Virus record (IMG/VR): IMGVR_UViG_3300040856_003274
Location: 64,001 to 128,000 of that record
Source: a virus
Length of the DNA: 64,000 nucleotides
Reading direction: 5' to 3' (one strand)
Numbering within the stretch: position 1 is the first letter of the stretch; the number at the start of each line of letters is the position of its first letter. A model generated the notes under the pieces. The model saw only the letters and a program-made list of their open reading frames with translations. It had not been told where the DNA came from and did not search any database. Positions 19,701 to 29,080 of this stretch are shown here, one piece after another. The translations under genes were made by a program, and so were the position numbers.

Positions 19701-20960
19701 CTTCCCTTGTGTTGAGGTTAGGGAATGGGAGAGGCTGTTTAGAACCTGTATGGTACTAGAACCTGTATGACCTGACCCCCCCTCCCCTTGTGTTGACGTT
19801 AGGGAACAGGAGGGCTAGGCTGGCCCCCTAGACGATGTAGGTATTCATACAGGGTGGGCTGGGCCTCCCCCTAGGCGCACCCTGTGAGTTGACATTAGGG
19901 AATGGGAGGAGCTGTTTAGAACCTGTATGACCTGAGCCTCCCCTCCCCTTTGTTGACGTTAGGGAACAGGCGGCTAGGCTGACCTCCTAGATGGTGTCGG
20001 TATTCATACAGGGTGGGCTGGGGTGGCTCAGGACGCACCCTGTGAGTTGACATTAGGGAATAGGAGAGGCTGTTTAGAACCCGTATGACCTGAGCCTCCT
20101 CCTCCCCTTGTTGACGTTAGGGAACAGGTGGCCTGACCCTCCCCCTAGGCGCTCCCCTGTGAGTTGACGTTAGGGAACAGGTGGCTAGGCTGACCCCCTA
20201 GATGGTGTTGGTATTCATACAGGTGGCCTGAGCCTCTCAGGACAGCCCCTCCCTTGTTGACATTAGGGAATGGGAGGAGCTGTTTAGAACCTGTATGACC
20301 TGAGCCTCCTCCTCCCCTTGTTGACGTTAGGGAACAGGCGGCCTGAGCCTCCCCCTAGAGGGTGTCGGTATTCATACAGGTGGCCTGAGCCTCCCTCTCC
20401 CCTGTGAGTTGACATTAGGGAACAGGTGGTCTGACCCTCCCCCTAGGCGCTCCCCCTTGTTGACATTAGGGAACAGGTGGTCTGACCCTCCCCCTAGAGG
20501 GTGTCGGTATTCATACAGGTGGGCTGGGGGTGGCTCAGGACAGCCCCCCTTGTTGACGTTAGGGAACAGGAGGGCTAGGCTGACCCCCTAGAGGATGTAG
20601 GTATTCATACAGGGGGGGTGGGCCTCCCTCTAGGCGCTCCCCTTGTTGACGTTAGGGAACAGGGGGGGTGGGCCTCCCCCTAGGCGCTCCCCTTGTTGAC
20701 GTTAGGGAACAGGGGGGTGGGCCTCCCTCTAGGCGCTCCCCTTGTTGACGTTAGGGAACAGGGGGGTGGGCCTCCCTCTAGGCGCTCCCCTTGTTGACAT
20801 TAGGGAACAGGGGGGGTGAGCCCCTGTGGAGCCTCCCCCTTGTTGACGTTAGGGAACAGGGGGGGTGAGCCTCCCCCTAGAGGATGTCGGTATTCATACA
20901 GGGGGTGAGCCCCTGTGGAGCCTCCCCCTTGTTGACATTAGGGAACAGGGGGGGTGAGGC
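13800..20960 (+). repeat. ~7 kb non-coding array of co-oriented motifs: A TTGAC(G/A/C)TTAGGGAA(C/T), B GATGT(A/C/G)GG(T/C)(A/G)TTCATAC, C TAGAACCTGTAT / TAAAATCTGTAT
   Basis: More than 50 copies of motif A counted by eye and dozens each of B and C; no credible ORF in the region. Confidence 0.92.
17745..18340 (+). repeat. Blocks of 17-bp tandem repeat TAGAACCTGTAT(AA/GG)TAC
   Basis: Four runs of 4-6 direct copies, separated by motif B/A segments. Confidence 0.9.
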
Positions 20961-21364
20961 CGATTGGAACACGCGGGGCGCTCCCCAGCCCCCCCCAAAT
21001 AGCCATATTAAACCTGCATGGAAAATGACAACCTTAATTTGAAACCCTCTTTAAGAAAGGTATTTCCTCTCAGAGAAGGGGGTCAAATGCAGGCGCATGG
21101 GACTTTCTCGCGGAGGGAAGGGGGGTATGCTTATATATTATTGGGTTTTGAGCGCGGAGGTATGGACTTATTAAAGGGGTTTGTCTCAGGGAGGGGGGTC
21201 ATATAGGGGGGCTTTTTGGTTTTGGTTTTACGGGGAAGTGGATCTTAAATTTCTTTTGGCTAATTTTTTTTGAGGTTGTTTTTGAAAAGGGGTGTGTGGG
21301 TGTTAGAGCTCCTATAACGTGACTAAGGTAAAACCTTCATTAAGACGAGAGGTAAGGTTACGCT

Positions 21365-22387
21365 ATGAGTGCTAAACATAAGAGAGACGTGGAGTTGCTT
21401 TTGTCTTATATGCCTGACAATGGTTTCTTACAGGGCTTATCAAACAGACTAAGGACAGGTATGAGCTTGACACCTAAGCAGGTGAGCGCCTTGGAGGGTA
21501 TTAAAGCTCGAATGTCGTCTAAGCAAGCTAAGATTAAGCGAGACAAGGCGAGGGTATCAGAGGCTCTAAGGGTATATTCAGAGAACCCTTTCTTGCAGAG
21601 TCTCTTGGAGCATTTAAGTGACGGCAAGTCTATGAGCGCGAAGCAAGACGAGGCGTTAACGGCAATCGAGGAGAGAGCCGCTCGTAGATTAGCGAATATG
21701 GAGAGGCGGTCTGCTGGAGTTAAGCGTGAGATGTTGAGTGTCTTGAGGGGTTTATCTAGAGTGTCTGACTTGAGCCCTGAGGAGAGTGAGTTTGTGAGGC
21801 GCATGATGAGTCTAGTGGAGGGCGACCTTAAGATTAGCGTGAGGCAGAAGAGTTACATTAGGGGTTTATGTAGTAGGCATTTGGACTCGGCGCGTGGTCG
21901 TAGCTCTGCGGATAAGTTTGGTGCTAAGGTGAAGAAGCATTTTGGTGGGAGGGGTAAGAAAGCGTCGGTGAGTCGTGCTTGGGATTATGACAGGGGGGAG
22001 TGGGCATATCGTGTGGGTGGTGGTAAGATTAAGTATGCGAGTGAGGAGGTCTTAGATTACAAGGTTGAGTGGGGTGATCCGCCGAAGCCTAATGCGTGGA
22101 GAGCAATACTTAAAGGTAGGATGTCAGATGGTCGTATTGAGGTCACTTCGCCTTTGATTGTGGGGAGGATTATGTTCAACATCTTCCCTCATGAGATAGA
22201 TGTTTCTTACAGACGTAAGGGTTACTCTGCTGTTGACCTTGGGACGATCAGGAGGCATGGCGACATGGACAGTATTTTCAGTCATGCGACGTACACTAAG
22301 TATATTAAGCCTGCGATTTTGAGTGGTGCGCTTGAGCTGGGGAGTCAGGGGAAGAAGATCGCTTCAGGAGAGGGGTTTGAGGGATGA
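21365..22387 (+). CDS. Protein with three N-terminal F..(S/G)......(L/M/I)(S/T).(K/R)Q helical repeats and one C-terminal WGDPPKPN module
   Basis: GAGG RBS; KKAS, KYAS and KIAS linkers; module 1 starts at ~22070. Confidence 0.85.
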   Translation: MSAKHKRDVELLLSYMPDNGFLQGLSNRLRTGMSLTPKQVSALEGIKARMSSKQAKIKRDKARVSEALRVYSENPFLQSLLEHLSDGKSMSAKQDEALTAIEERAARRLANMERRSAGVKREMLSVLRGLSRVSDLSPEESEFVRRMMSLVEGDLKISVRQKSYIRGLCSRHLDSARGRSSADKFGAKVKKHFGGRGKKASVSRAWDYDRGEWAYRVGGGKIKYASEEVLDYKVEWGDPPKPNAWRAILKGRMSDGRIEVTSPLIVGRIMFNIFPHEIDVSYRRKGYSAVDLGTIRRHGDMDSIFSHATYTKYIKPAILSGALELGSQGKKIASGEGFEG

Positions 22388-24144
22388 GCACTTATAGTCT
22401 TAAAGCTCAATGGGGAGCACCCCCGAAGCCTAACTTGTGGAAGGTAGAGCACAGTGAAGACCATCAAGGTCATAATAAATGGACGGTCACGTCCCCTGCG
22501 ATGGCAGGCGCTGTAATGCTAATTCACTCTAAGAAAGCCTATCCTGAATGGTGGGTAAACTACTATAGGGATAGGAAAGAGACGCATAGTAGGTCTACTA
22601 ACTATAAACGGATTTATAGTTATTTTGCCCACGCAAATGGAGAAATGACGGACGCTGAATGTTTCAAGCATTTTTTTAGTGAGGGGTTTTACAGGGAAGT
22701 AATCACAGGTTTTATTAAAAACGGTTTGATTGAGCTCAAAGTGCCTAAGGTAGCTTCTTCTAACCTTGAGGCTCAATGGGGCGACCCTCCTAAACCTAAT
22801 GTGTGGAAAGTAGAGTACGATAAGGCTTTTACTCAGTACACGATCAAGTCGCCTGTGTTAGAGGGTCATTTCGTTGTGAAGATGTACCCACCTAGCTCGG
22901 CGGAGATAAAATTCTTTGACGCTACAAGAGGAGTGACTTGGGCGAGGTATCTCAGCCCTGTAACGATAGAGGATATCTTGTCTCGTCAATTCTATCTTGA
23001 GAGCATTAAACCTGCGATTTATTTGACGCAGGAGATAAGACTTAAGAAAGGCTTAAAAGTGGCTTCTTCAGAGATTAAACTTCAATGGGGCGACCCTCCT
23101 AAACCTAATGTGTGGAAGGTAAAAGAGAGGCCAGGGAGAGGTGTTAAACACCGTGGTTACATCTTCGACATCTCTACACCTTTAGACCCTTATCTAGGGA
23201 TAACGATCCATCAAAGTCCATCTAACTGGGGAACAAGAAAAGCCTATAGGACAGCCGTGTATTACGGGTCTAGCTGTCTTATTGAGAATGCGGCTGGCTT
23301 TCTTGTCTCTGAAGGTGCTCATCCCGCAGATACTTTCAGCACTCAGTCTTTTTGGGATCGCATAAAAGATGAGATTAGAGATAAGACACCTACTTCTATG
23401 AAGGTAGCTTCTTCTAACCCTCAAGCTCAATGGGGCGACCCACCTAAGCCTAACATATGGAAGGTGGAGACGCTTCAACGCTCTAAGATGGTCGCGCTAA
23501 CTCGCGTAACTTCACCTGTCTTACAGGGCTCAATATGGCTTGGCGTATATGGGGCGGTTTTTTACTGCCCACATGACAAGATGCCCTCACCTCTTACAGA
23601 AGAAAAGATGGTAGAGTTTGAGAACAATCTTGATCCGACGAAAGACCATGTTGATATTACAAGGATCATGGGGATCAATCCAAAGAGACTTTTCCTCTCT
23701 AATAAGTTTTATTTAGAGCACTTAGCGCCTAAGATTGCAGGCGGGATCATTAGGTTAAACGGTAATGTTAAGGTTGCTTCAGGAGAGGCTCTCAAAGCGA
23801 TGTGGGGCGACCCCCCTAAACCTAACGTATGGTCGGTTGAGGAGGTTAGATATGGCTGGGAGCCAATGTATCGAGTGTTCTCACCTTTGATGGAGGGTGA
23901 GGTATGGTTAAGCGACTCGCTTCTCGTTTACTACTTCCCCAAGGGCTTAGGTCTTCCTCAAAGAAAACTAGGGCCTGACTGTGACCTGCGAAGCCTATCG
24001 TTAGTAGACGGTAACTACCCGTTGCAGAGGTTAAAAAGCGCCAAGAGCAAAGAGCACTTCTTGTCTCAAGCGTTTTGGTTAGAGCACCTTAAGAGCAATA
24101 TACATCTTAAAACAAGTAAGCTGGCTTCTAAGAGAGGTAAATAA
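22384..24144 (+). CDS. Five-module WGxPPKPN repeat protein (putative polyprotein)
   Basis: Modules at 22411, 22777, 23086, 23431 and 23803, each ending in K(V/L)AS. Confidence 0.88.
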   Translation: MSTYSLKAQWGAPPKPNLWKVEHSEDHQGHNKWTVTSPAMAGAVMLIHSKKAYPEWWVNYYRDRKETHSRSTNYKRIYSYFAHANGEMTDAECFKHFFSEGFYREVITGFIKNGLIELKVPKVASSNLEAQWGDPPKPNVWKVEYDKAFTQYTIKSPVLEGHFVVKMYPPSSAEIKFFDATRGVTWARYLSPVTIEDILSRQFYLESIKPAIYLTQEIRLKKGLKVASSEIKLQWGDPPKPNVWKVKERPGRGVKHRGYIFDISTPLDPYLGITIHQSPSNWGTRKAYRTAVYYGSSCLIENAAGFLVSEGAHPADTFSTQSFWDRIKDEIRDKTPTSMKVASSNPQAQWGDPPKPNIWKVETLQRSKMVALTRVTSPVLQGSIWLGVYGAVFYCPHDKMPSPLTEEKMVEFENNLDPTKDHVDITRIMGINPKRLFLSNKFYLEHLAPKIAGGIIRLNGNVKVASGEALKAMWGDPPKPNVWSVEEVRYGWEPMYRVFSPLMEGEVWLSDSLLVYYFPKGLGLPQRKLGPDCDLRSLSLVDGNYPLQRLKSAKSKEHFLSQAFWLEHLKSNIHLKTSKLASKRGK

Positions 24145-24145
24145 A

Positions 24146-26332
24146 ATGAGCATTCAGTTAAGAGTTATGTGGGGCGATCCTCCCAAGCCTAATGTGTGGC
24201 AGATTAAGCATACTCCTGCAATCCCTGCTAGGAAGAAGTCTGAGAGTTGGGTCATTCAGTCGCCTTTGCTCCTTACTAGCTTCACTGTCTACAAGAGAAA
24301 GCAGACAGGCAGGTTTGTTGTTTACTACGGCGAAGGTCTTAATACAGGTAAGGTTTCAGGTAATAACGGAGATTGGTATTTAGAGTACATCTTGTCTAAT
24401 GAGTGGTACATGGAATACATAAAGCCTCTTATAGAGAGCGGATATATTAGGAAGCGAGATGATAACCTCAAGATCGCGAGTGAGATGAAGGACGCAGAGG
24501 TCATGTGGGGCGATCCTCCTAAGCCTAATGCGTGGAAAGTCTTCTTTGAAGACGGCTACGGCGCTAGAAATGACCGATGGAGGGTAGTGTCGCCTCTTAT
24601 TGTGGGACGTATTTTGATAGTGGAAGACGGCCCTTACTTCCGCTTTTCTTATGTCGTCAGCCTCAAAAATTATGTTACTATGTTTAGTGTGCCTAAGAAT
24701 AAAGTGAAAGGTAATACGCTCGGCAAGGCGCTGTTTAGTCACGCGATGTGGGAGAAGATAAGACCTTATGTTACGGACGGGACGATTGTCCTCAACGTAC
24801 CCAAGATTGCTTCAGAGCAACTTCCAGGTAATCTCGAAGCTCATTGGGGGACTCCTGCTAAGAAGAACATATGGAAGGTAAGAAACATCTTCAACAACCC
24901 TGATATGGTTGAGGTCACGTCACCTTTTATGGAGGGTGCGATTGAGGTGCATACTAACCAAGGTTATTCTAACGGGATTTACTACCCTGATTTGAATAGC
25001 ATTGAGGGTAAAGTGGCGCTTTGGAAAATAGAGAGGGGAGATTTAAGCTACGTCTTGAGCTCAGAAGGTTACAAGAACCTTATAAAGAAGCATATCGACA
25101 TGGGAGTTATTAAGATTAAGAGAGGCTCTAAGGTAGCGTCCTCAGAGATTAAGCTCCAATGGGGTGACCCCCCTAAGCCTAATATGTGGAAAGCAGAGCG
25201 GATAAAAGGGAGCACTCAATCTCGTTTAACGTACTTAATAACCTCACCTCTATTTAGGAGGACAATAGACGGTGATCGGTTTGCGCTAAAGGTACAAATC
25301 GACCCGTGGGCTAACGAGGCTATCATCAACCTATTTTACCAATATAACGCTAGAACAGGGATGCCTTTAGGTACTTATCAACTGTCAGAAGACTACTTCC
25401 ACAACATCGACCATTTACTTGCTCATTCTTCTACATGGGCGCTTGCGATAAAGCCAGCTTTAGCTCGCGCTGAGAGAGAATGGAGTCAGTCGATATTAAC
25501 AAGTAAAGTAGCGTCTACTGCTGTTAAACTCCAATGGGGTGATCCCCCCAAGCCTAATATGTGGAAGGTTAGACGCTATTTGGGTCAAAACAACTTTATT
25601 ATCACATCGCCTTTATTTAGTGATGTTTATAACTACGGTGGCGACGTTACGGCGCTAAGGGTAAGCATATCAAGAAGCACCAACCCCAATCGCGGCACGT
25701 TTATACCCAAAGCATCTTTCAGCTTCGGGTTGTTGGAAGAAAACGGCAACTTTATAAATAAGGTTAGCGGAGGTGAGAAGTTTGATAAAGACTTTGAGCT
25801 AGAGGTGGTCAATAATCGAGTCCTTCTAAACTCTGAAGAAGTGTTGAAATCACATAGCTTTTGGAAAAATGCCGTAAAACCTGCATTAGAGAACATAAGC
25901 ACAGGATGGTCATACGGAGAGGTTTTCAAAAGTAGAGTAGCCTCCCTCCGCACTAACTGGTTTCCTGACCATGTAACAAGTAACCCCCAAGTTAAGCTAA
26001 ATTGGGGGAGCCCTGCGAAGCCTAACATTTGGAAGGCTTGGAGAGGCGATAGCGGAGACTCTTTCTTTTACTACATAGAGTCACCTTTGTTGAAAGACAC
26101 TTGCATAGAGATCCGTGTAGACCAAAGGAGCACTGTGGCAGAGGTTTTCTTCTATGATGACAATGATGGGGACATGCGAAAAGTTAAGCATATAAGTCTT
26201 GCTTCTAGAGGGACTGACCCCTTTGAGTTAGATGAGGATGTTCGATCAGAGGAGTTTTGGAATTTTGTGGTTAGCCCTCAGCTTAAGGGACACGGGCATC
26301 TCAACAATGTTAGGATCGCCTCTGAGTTTTAA
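24146..26332 (+). CDS. Six-module WGxPxKxN repeat protein (putative polyprotein)
   Basis: Modules at 24170, 24506, 24845, 25160, 25535 and 26003, each ending in (K/R)(V/I)AS. Confidence 0.88.
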   Translation: MSIQLRVMWGDPPKPNVWQIKHTPAIPARKKSESWVIQSPLLLTSFTVYKRKQTGRFVVYYGEGLNTGKVSGNNGDWYLEYILSNEWYMEYIKPLIESGYIRKRDDNLKIASEMKDAEVMWGDPPKPNAWKVFFEDGYGARNDRWRVVSPLIVGRILIVEDGPYFRFSYVVSLKNYVTMFSVPKNKVKGNTLGKALFSHAMWEKIRPYVTDGTIVLNVPKIASEQLPGNLEAHWGTPAKKNIWKVRNIFNNPDMVEVTSPFMEGAIEVHTNQGYSNGIYYPDLNSIEGKVALWKIERGDLSYVLSSEGYKNLIKKHIDMGVIKIKRGSKVASSEIKLQWGDPPKPNMWKAERIKGSTQSRLTYLITSPLFRRTIDGDRFALKVQIDPWANEAIINLFYQYNARTGMPLGTYQLSEDYFHNIDHLLAHSSTWALAIKPALARAEREWSQSILTSKVASTAVKLQWGDPPKPNMWKVRRYLGQNNFIITSPLFSDVYNYGGDVTALRVSISRSTNPNRGTFIPKASFSFGLLEENGNFINKVSGGEKFDKDFELEVVNNRVLLNSEEVLKSHSFWKNAVKPALENISTGWSYGEVFKSRVASLRTNWFPDHVTSNPQVKLNWGSPAKPNIWKAWRGDSGDSFFYYIESPLLKDTCIEIRVDQRSTVAEVFFYDDNDGDMRKVKHISLASRGTDPFELDEDVRSEEFWNFVVSPQLKGHGHLNNVRIASEF

Positions 26333-27891
26333 GGGAGAAACTTGGCGAAGTTTTCGCTAAACAACCTTGAGAGCTTCTCTGCCTCACAAATATATTCTTC
26401 TCTGCTAGCCCATGCTTTAACTGGGTCTAATGTTAGGGAAACTCCCTCAATGTTTAACGGGTAGTTAAGACTAAACACAGGGTCTGCCCCTGTCTCACAG
26501 TCTCTAAGAGCCCCTGCTAGGATCGCGCTGATAATCTTTCTTGTCTCTCTCAGAGAGATGCGCTCCGCGCCACTAGAAGCACTTGCGCCCGACCATCCCG
26601 TATTAACCAAGTAAGCCTGAGCGCCGTGTGTCTCTAACTTTTGTTTGAGAAGCTCAGCATACCTTAACGGGTGCAGAGGTAAGAAAGGCCCTCCGAAGCA
26701 AGGAGAGAAAGTAGCTTTGGGCTCTGTTACACCCAACTCCGTACCTGCGATCTTAGCGGTGTAGCCACTGATGAAATGATACATCGCTTGCTCAGGAGAC
26801 AACACGCTTACAGGAGGCAGGACACCAAAAGCGTCACAGGTTAAGAAAATGACCGCTTCAGGATGCCCTGCCATGCTTGGCAAGCCTCTCGACGCTAGAG
26901 AGCTTTCAATAAACTCGATGGGGTAAGAAACACGCGTGTTCTGTGTCTTAGAGGTGTCTCTGTAATCTACCTCTCTTGAAGCCTCATCAAGCACGACGTT
27001 TTCAAGCTGAGCGCCGAAGCGGATCGCGTTATAAATGAGAGGCTCATCTTCTGCGCTGAGGTCAATCACTTTAGCATAACAGCCCCCCTCAAAGTTAAAC
27101 ACACCCTCATCACTCCAACCGTGTTCGTCATCGCCCACTAAAAGCCTCTCAGGGTCATTTGAGAGGGTAGTCTTGCCTGTACCACTCAAACCAAAGAAAA
27201 GGGCGCTAGAGCCTGTTTTGAGGTCTACATTACAGGAGCTGTGCATGGGGAGCACTCCCTTGAGGGGGAGCAGGTAGTTTAAGACTGAGAAAATCCCTTT
27301 CTTCATCTCACCGCCATACTCCGTACCTCCGATGAGCGCCACGCTTTTTCCTAGATGGAAAGCGACGAATGTCTCTGAGTGCATCCCTGACGCTTTGTAG
27401 TTAGCGTTCTTCACTGCTGAGGCATTAACGATGGTGAAGTCGGGCTCAAACCCTTCAAGCTCTTCAGAGGTAGCTTGGATGAACATATTAGAGACAAAGT
27501 GAGCTTGCCACGCGAGTTTTGCGATCACCCTAACCTTAATGCGGTGTTTTGGGTCAGCTCCTGCGAACCCTTCAAAAACGTATGTCGGTTTGCTTGTAGT
27601 AGCGTCATATTCAGAGCAGACGAGATCGTAAAGCTCCTTGAAAGTTTCTTCAGAGATCGGCTGGTTTACCTCGCCCCACCATATCTCGTCTTTTGATCCA
27701 TGCTCTTCGACAAAGTATTTATCTTTAGGGGAGCGTCCCGTGTATTTACCCGTATCAACTGCGATTGCCCCTGACTTCGTAAGTACACCTTTCTTCTCTG
27801 AGAGGTTTGCTTCTACTAGAAGAGGGGTACTCAAGTTGTACCGAGTCTCGCTTCCAAGATTAACACGATGGATATACTCATTAGGGGTCAT
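26329..27891 (-). CDS. pckA: Phosphoenolpyruvate carboxykinase (ATP)
   Basis: TGRSPKDK, YGGEMKKG, MHSSCN, FFGLSGTGKTTLS, GDDEHGW, NFEGGCYAK and NTRVSYP motifs; start at the ATG 27891 with AAGGAG RBS. Confidence 0.96.
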   Translation of the reverse strand: MTPNEYIHRVNLGSETRYNLSTPLLVEANLSEKKGVLTKSGAIAVDTGKYTGRSPKDKYFVEEHGSKDEIWWGEVNQPISEETFKELYDLVCSEYDATTSKPTYVFEGFAGADPKHRIKVRVIAKLAWQAHFVSNMFIQATSEELEGFEPDFTIVNASAVKNANYKASGMHSETFVAFHLGKSVALIGGTEYGGEMKKGIFSVLNYLLPLKGVLPMHSSCNVDLKTGSSALFFGLSGTGKTTLSNDPERLLVGDDEHGWSDEGVFNFEGGCYAKVIDLSAEDEPLIYNAIRFGAQLENVVLDEASREVDYRDTSKTQNTRVSYPIEFIESSLASRGLPSMAGHPEAVIFLTCDAFGVLPPVSVLSPEQAMYHFISGYTAKIAGTELGVTEPKATFSPCFGGPFLPLHPLRYAELLKQKLETHGAQAYLVNTGWSGASASSGAERISLRETRKIISAILAGALRDCETGADPVFSLNYPLNIEGVSLTLDPVKAWASREEYICEAEKLSRLFSENFAKFLP

Positions 27892-28063
27892 AACGTCTCC
27901 TTTATTTATTAAATACTTACAGAGCATATCGAAGGATATGCTGCGCTTCGTTATGTAAAAAAACAACAGTATTATGGCTACCTTTTCTCTCTCGTAGTGT
28001 AGAGGTTTTGCAGGAGCTTTTCTTGCACTACACTACCTATTTTCCGAATGGAGGGAAAATAAT

Positions 28064-29065
28064 ATGGCTACAATGAGTTTTGGTGAGAACAACGCGGCAC
28101 ACGGTAAGTGGAATGTGTTCACAACTATGTTGAGCGTCGAGGACTTGATCGAGTTACTTTCTAAGAATGTCTCCCCTAACGAAGAGATTTGGAAGACTGA
28201 CTTTTACAGCGGTAATAAGAAAGCAGGAGTGACCGCGCTTCAACGCGAACCAACAGCATCTCGTATTGACCCTCTCAAGCGTTATATCGAGAGCAATATC
28301 GTGGATGACAATGCTGTGTTTGCAGGGGCGCTCCCTGCGCTATCCGTGGCTGTGATGGGTGATCTTAAGCCTTCTCCTAACGGCGGTATTATCGTTAAGT
28401 GGGATAACGACTTTAAGGCTGTCCTCGTTGACGGTATGGGGCGCTATTCTTCACTCTCGGCGCTCTTCGCGAGTGATCGTAAGAAATATAACATTAACGT
28501 ACCTGTAACCTTTTACACGATGGAGGGTCTTGAAGAGGACGGGTGTCGTCAAATCCTGCATGACTTTAACCGTTATGCGACAACCATGCGCCCTGTGTCT
28601 GCGTCTCAGTTTGATAGCAACGACATCTTGCGCCCCTTTGCAGATAGCTTGTATGAGAAGCTCACGCAAGCAGGTTTCCGTGTCTCTAAAGGACACATGG
28701 CGAACGCGTCTTATATGTTTTATACATCGACAGACCGCTTCTACTCCGCGACTAAGGAGACAAAGAACAGGAAGCACCTGTTAACGGCTGAAGTCGTCAA
28801 TGACAAGGGCGATGTAGATACAATCGCTCAGTGGGTTGTCGATTGCATCAATATCCCTTCTGCCAAGAAGAATAAGCTCAAGGCGACAACTGTGCAGAAC
28901 CTCTTGCATGGGTTAAGCCAGGTGCGTGGGGTTTCCGCTAGCGATGTTCGGGTAGACTTCACAAAGCCTTTCGTGAGCACTTTAGGGTGGAATGACTCGC
29001 TCCGCGTTAAAGATCAGTTTGACCGTAACCAACGTCTGCTCAATCTCCGCACTTTCGCACCCTAA
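28064..29065 (+). CDS. DGQHR/DndB-like (ParB/Srx superfamily) protein with variant motif
   Basis: LQRE...RI...YI, PALSVAV, LVDGMGR (where DGQHR is expected), VPVTFY, QILHDFN; GGAGG RBS. Confidence 0.65.
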   Translation: MATMSFGENNAAHGKWNVFTTMLSVEDLIELLSKNVSPNEEIWKTDFYSGNKKAGVTALQREPTASRIDPLKRYIESNIVDDNAVFAGALPALSVAVMGDLKPSPNGGIIVKWDNDFKAVLVDGMGRYSSLSALFASDRKKYNINVPVTFYTMEGLEEDGCRQILHDFNRYATTMRPVSASQFDSNDILRPFADSLYEKLTQAGFRVSKGHMANASYMFYTSTDRFYSATKETKNRKHLLTAEVVNDKGDVDTIAQWVVDCINIPSAKKNKLKATTVQNLLHGLSQVRGVSASDVRVDFTKPFVSTLGWNDSLRVKDQFDRNQRLLNLRTFAP

Positions 29066-29080
29066 TAAGAAAAGCTGGAA

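Noticed and set aside
13800-20960. CRISPR array
   Set aside because: The repeats are three different 12-18 bp motifs with irregular spacing, the spacers are often repeated or low-complexity, and no cas genes lie in the window.
14350-20960. Telomeric TTAGGG repeats or eukaryotic contamination
   Set aside because: TTAGGG occurs only singly inside motif A, never in tandem, and the flanking genes have bacterial-type RBSs.
13349-21206. Short ORFs inside the repeat array (LSERQ repeat ORF, HSYRE, TLGN, FPNVN ORFs)
   Set aside because: They are translations of DNA motifs in various frames on both strands, without convincing RBSs.
22030-26332. Diversity-generating retroelement or DNA-level recombination-site array
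   Set aside because: No reverse transcriptase or recombinase in the window, no near-identical template/variable pair, and conserved heads vary at synonymous positions.
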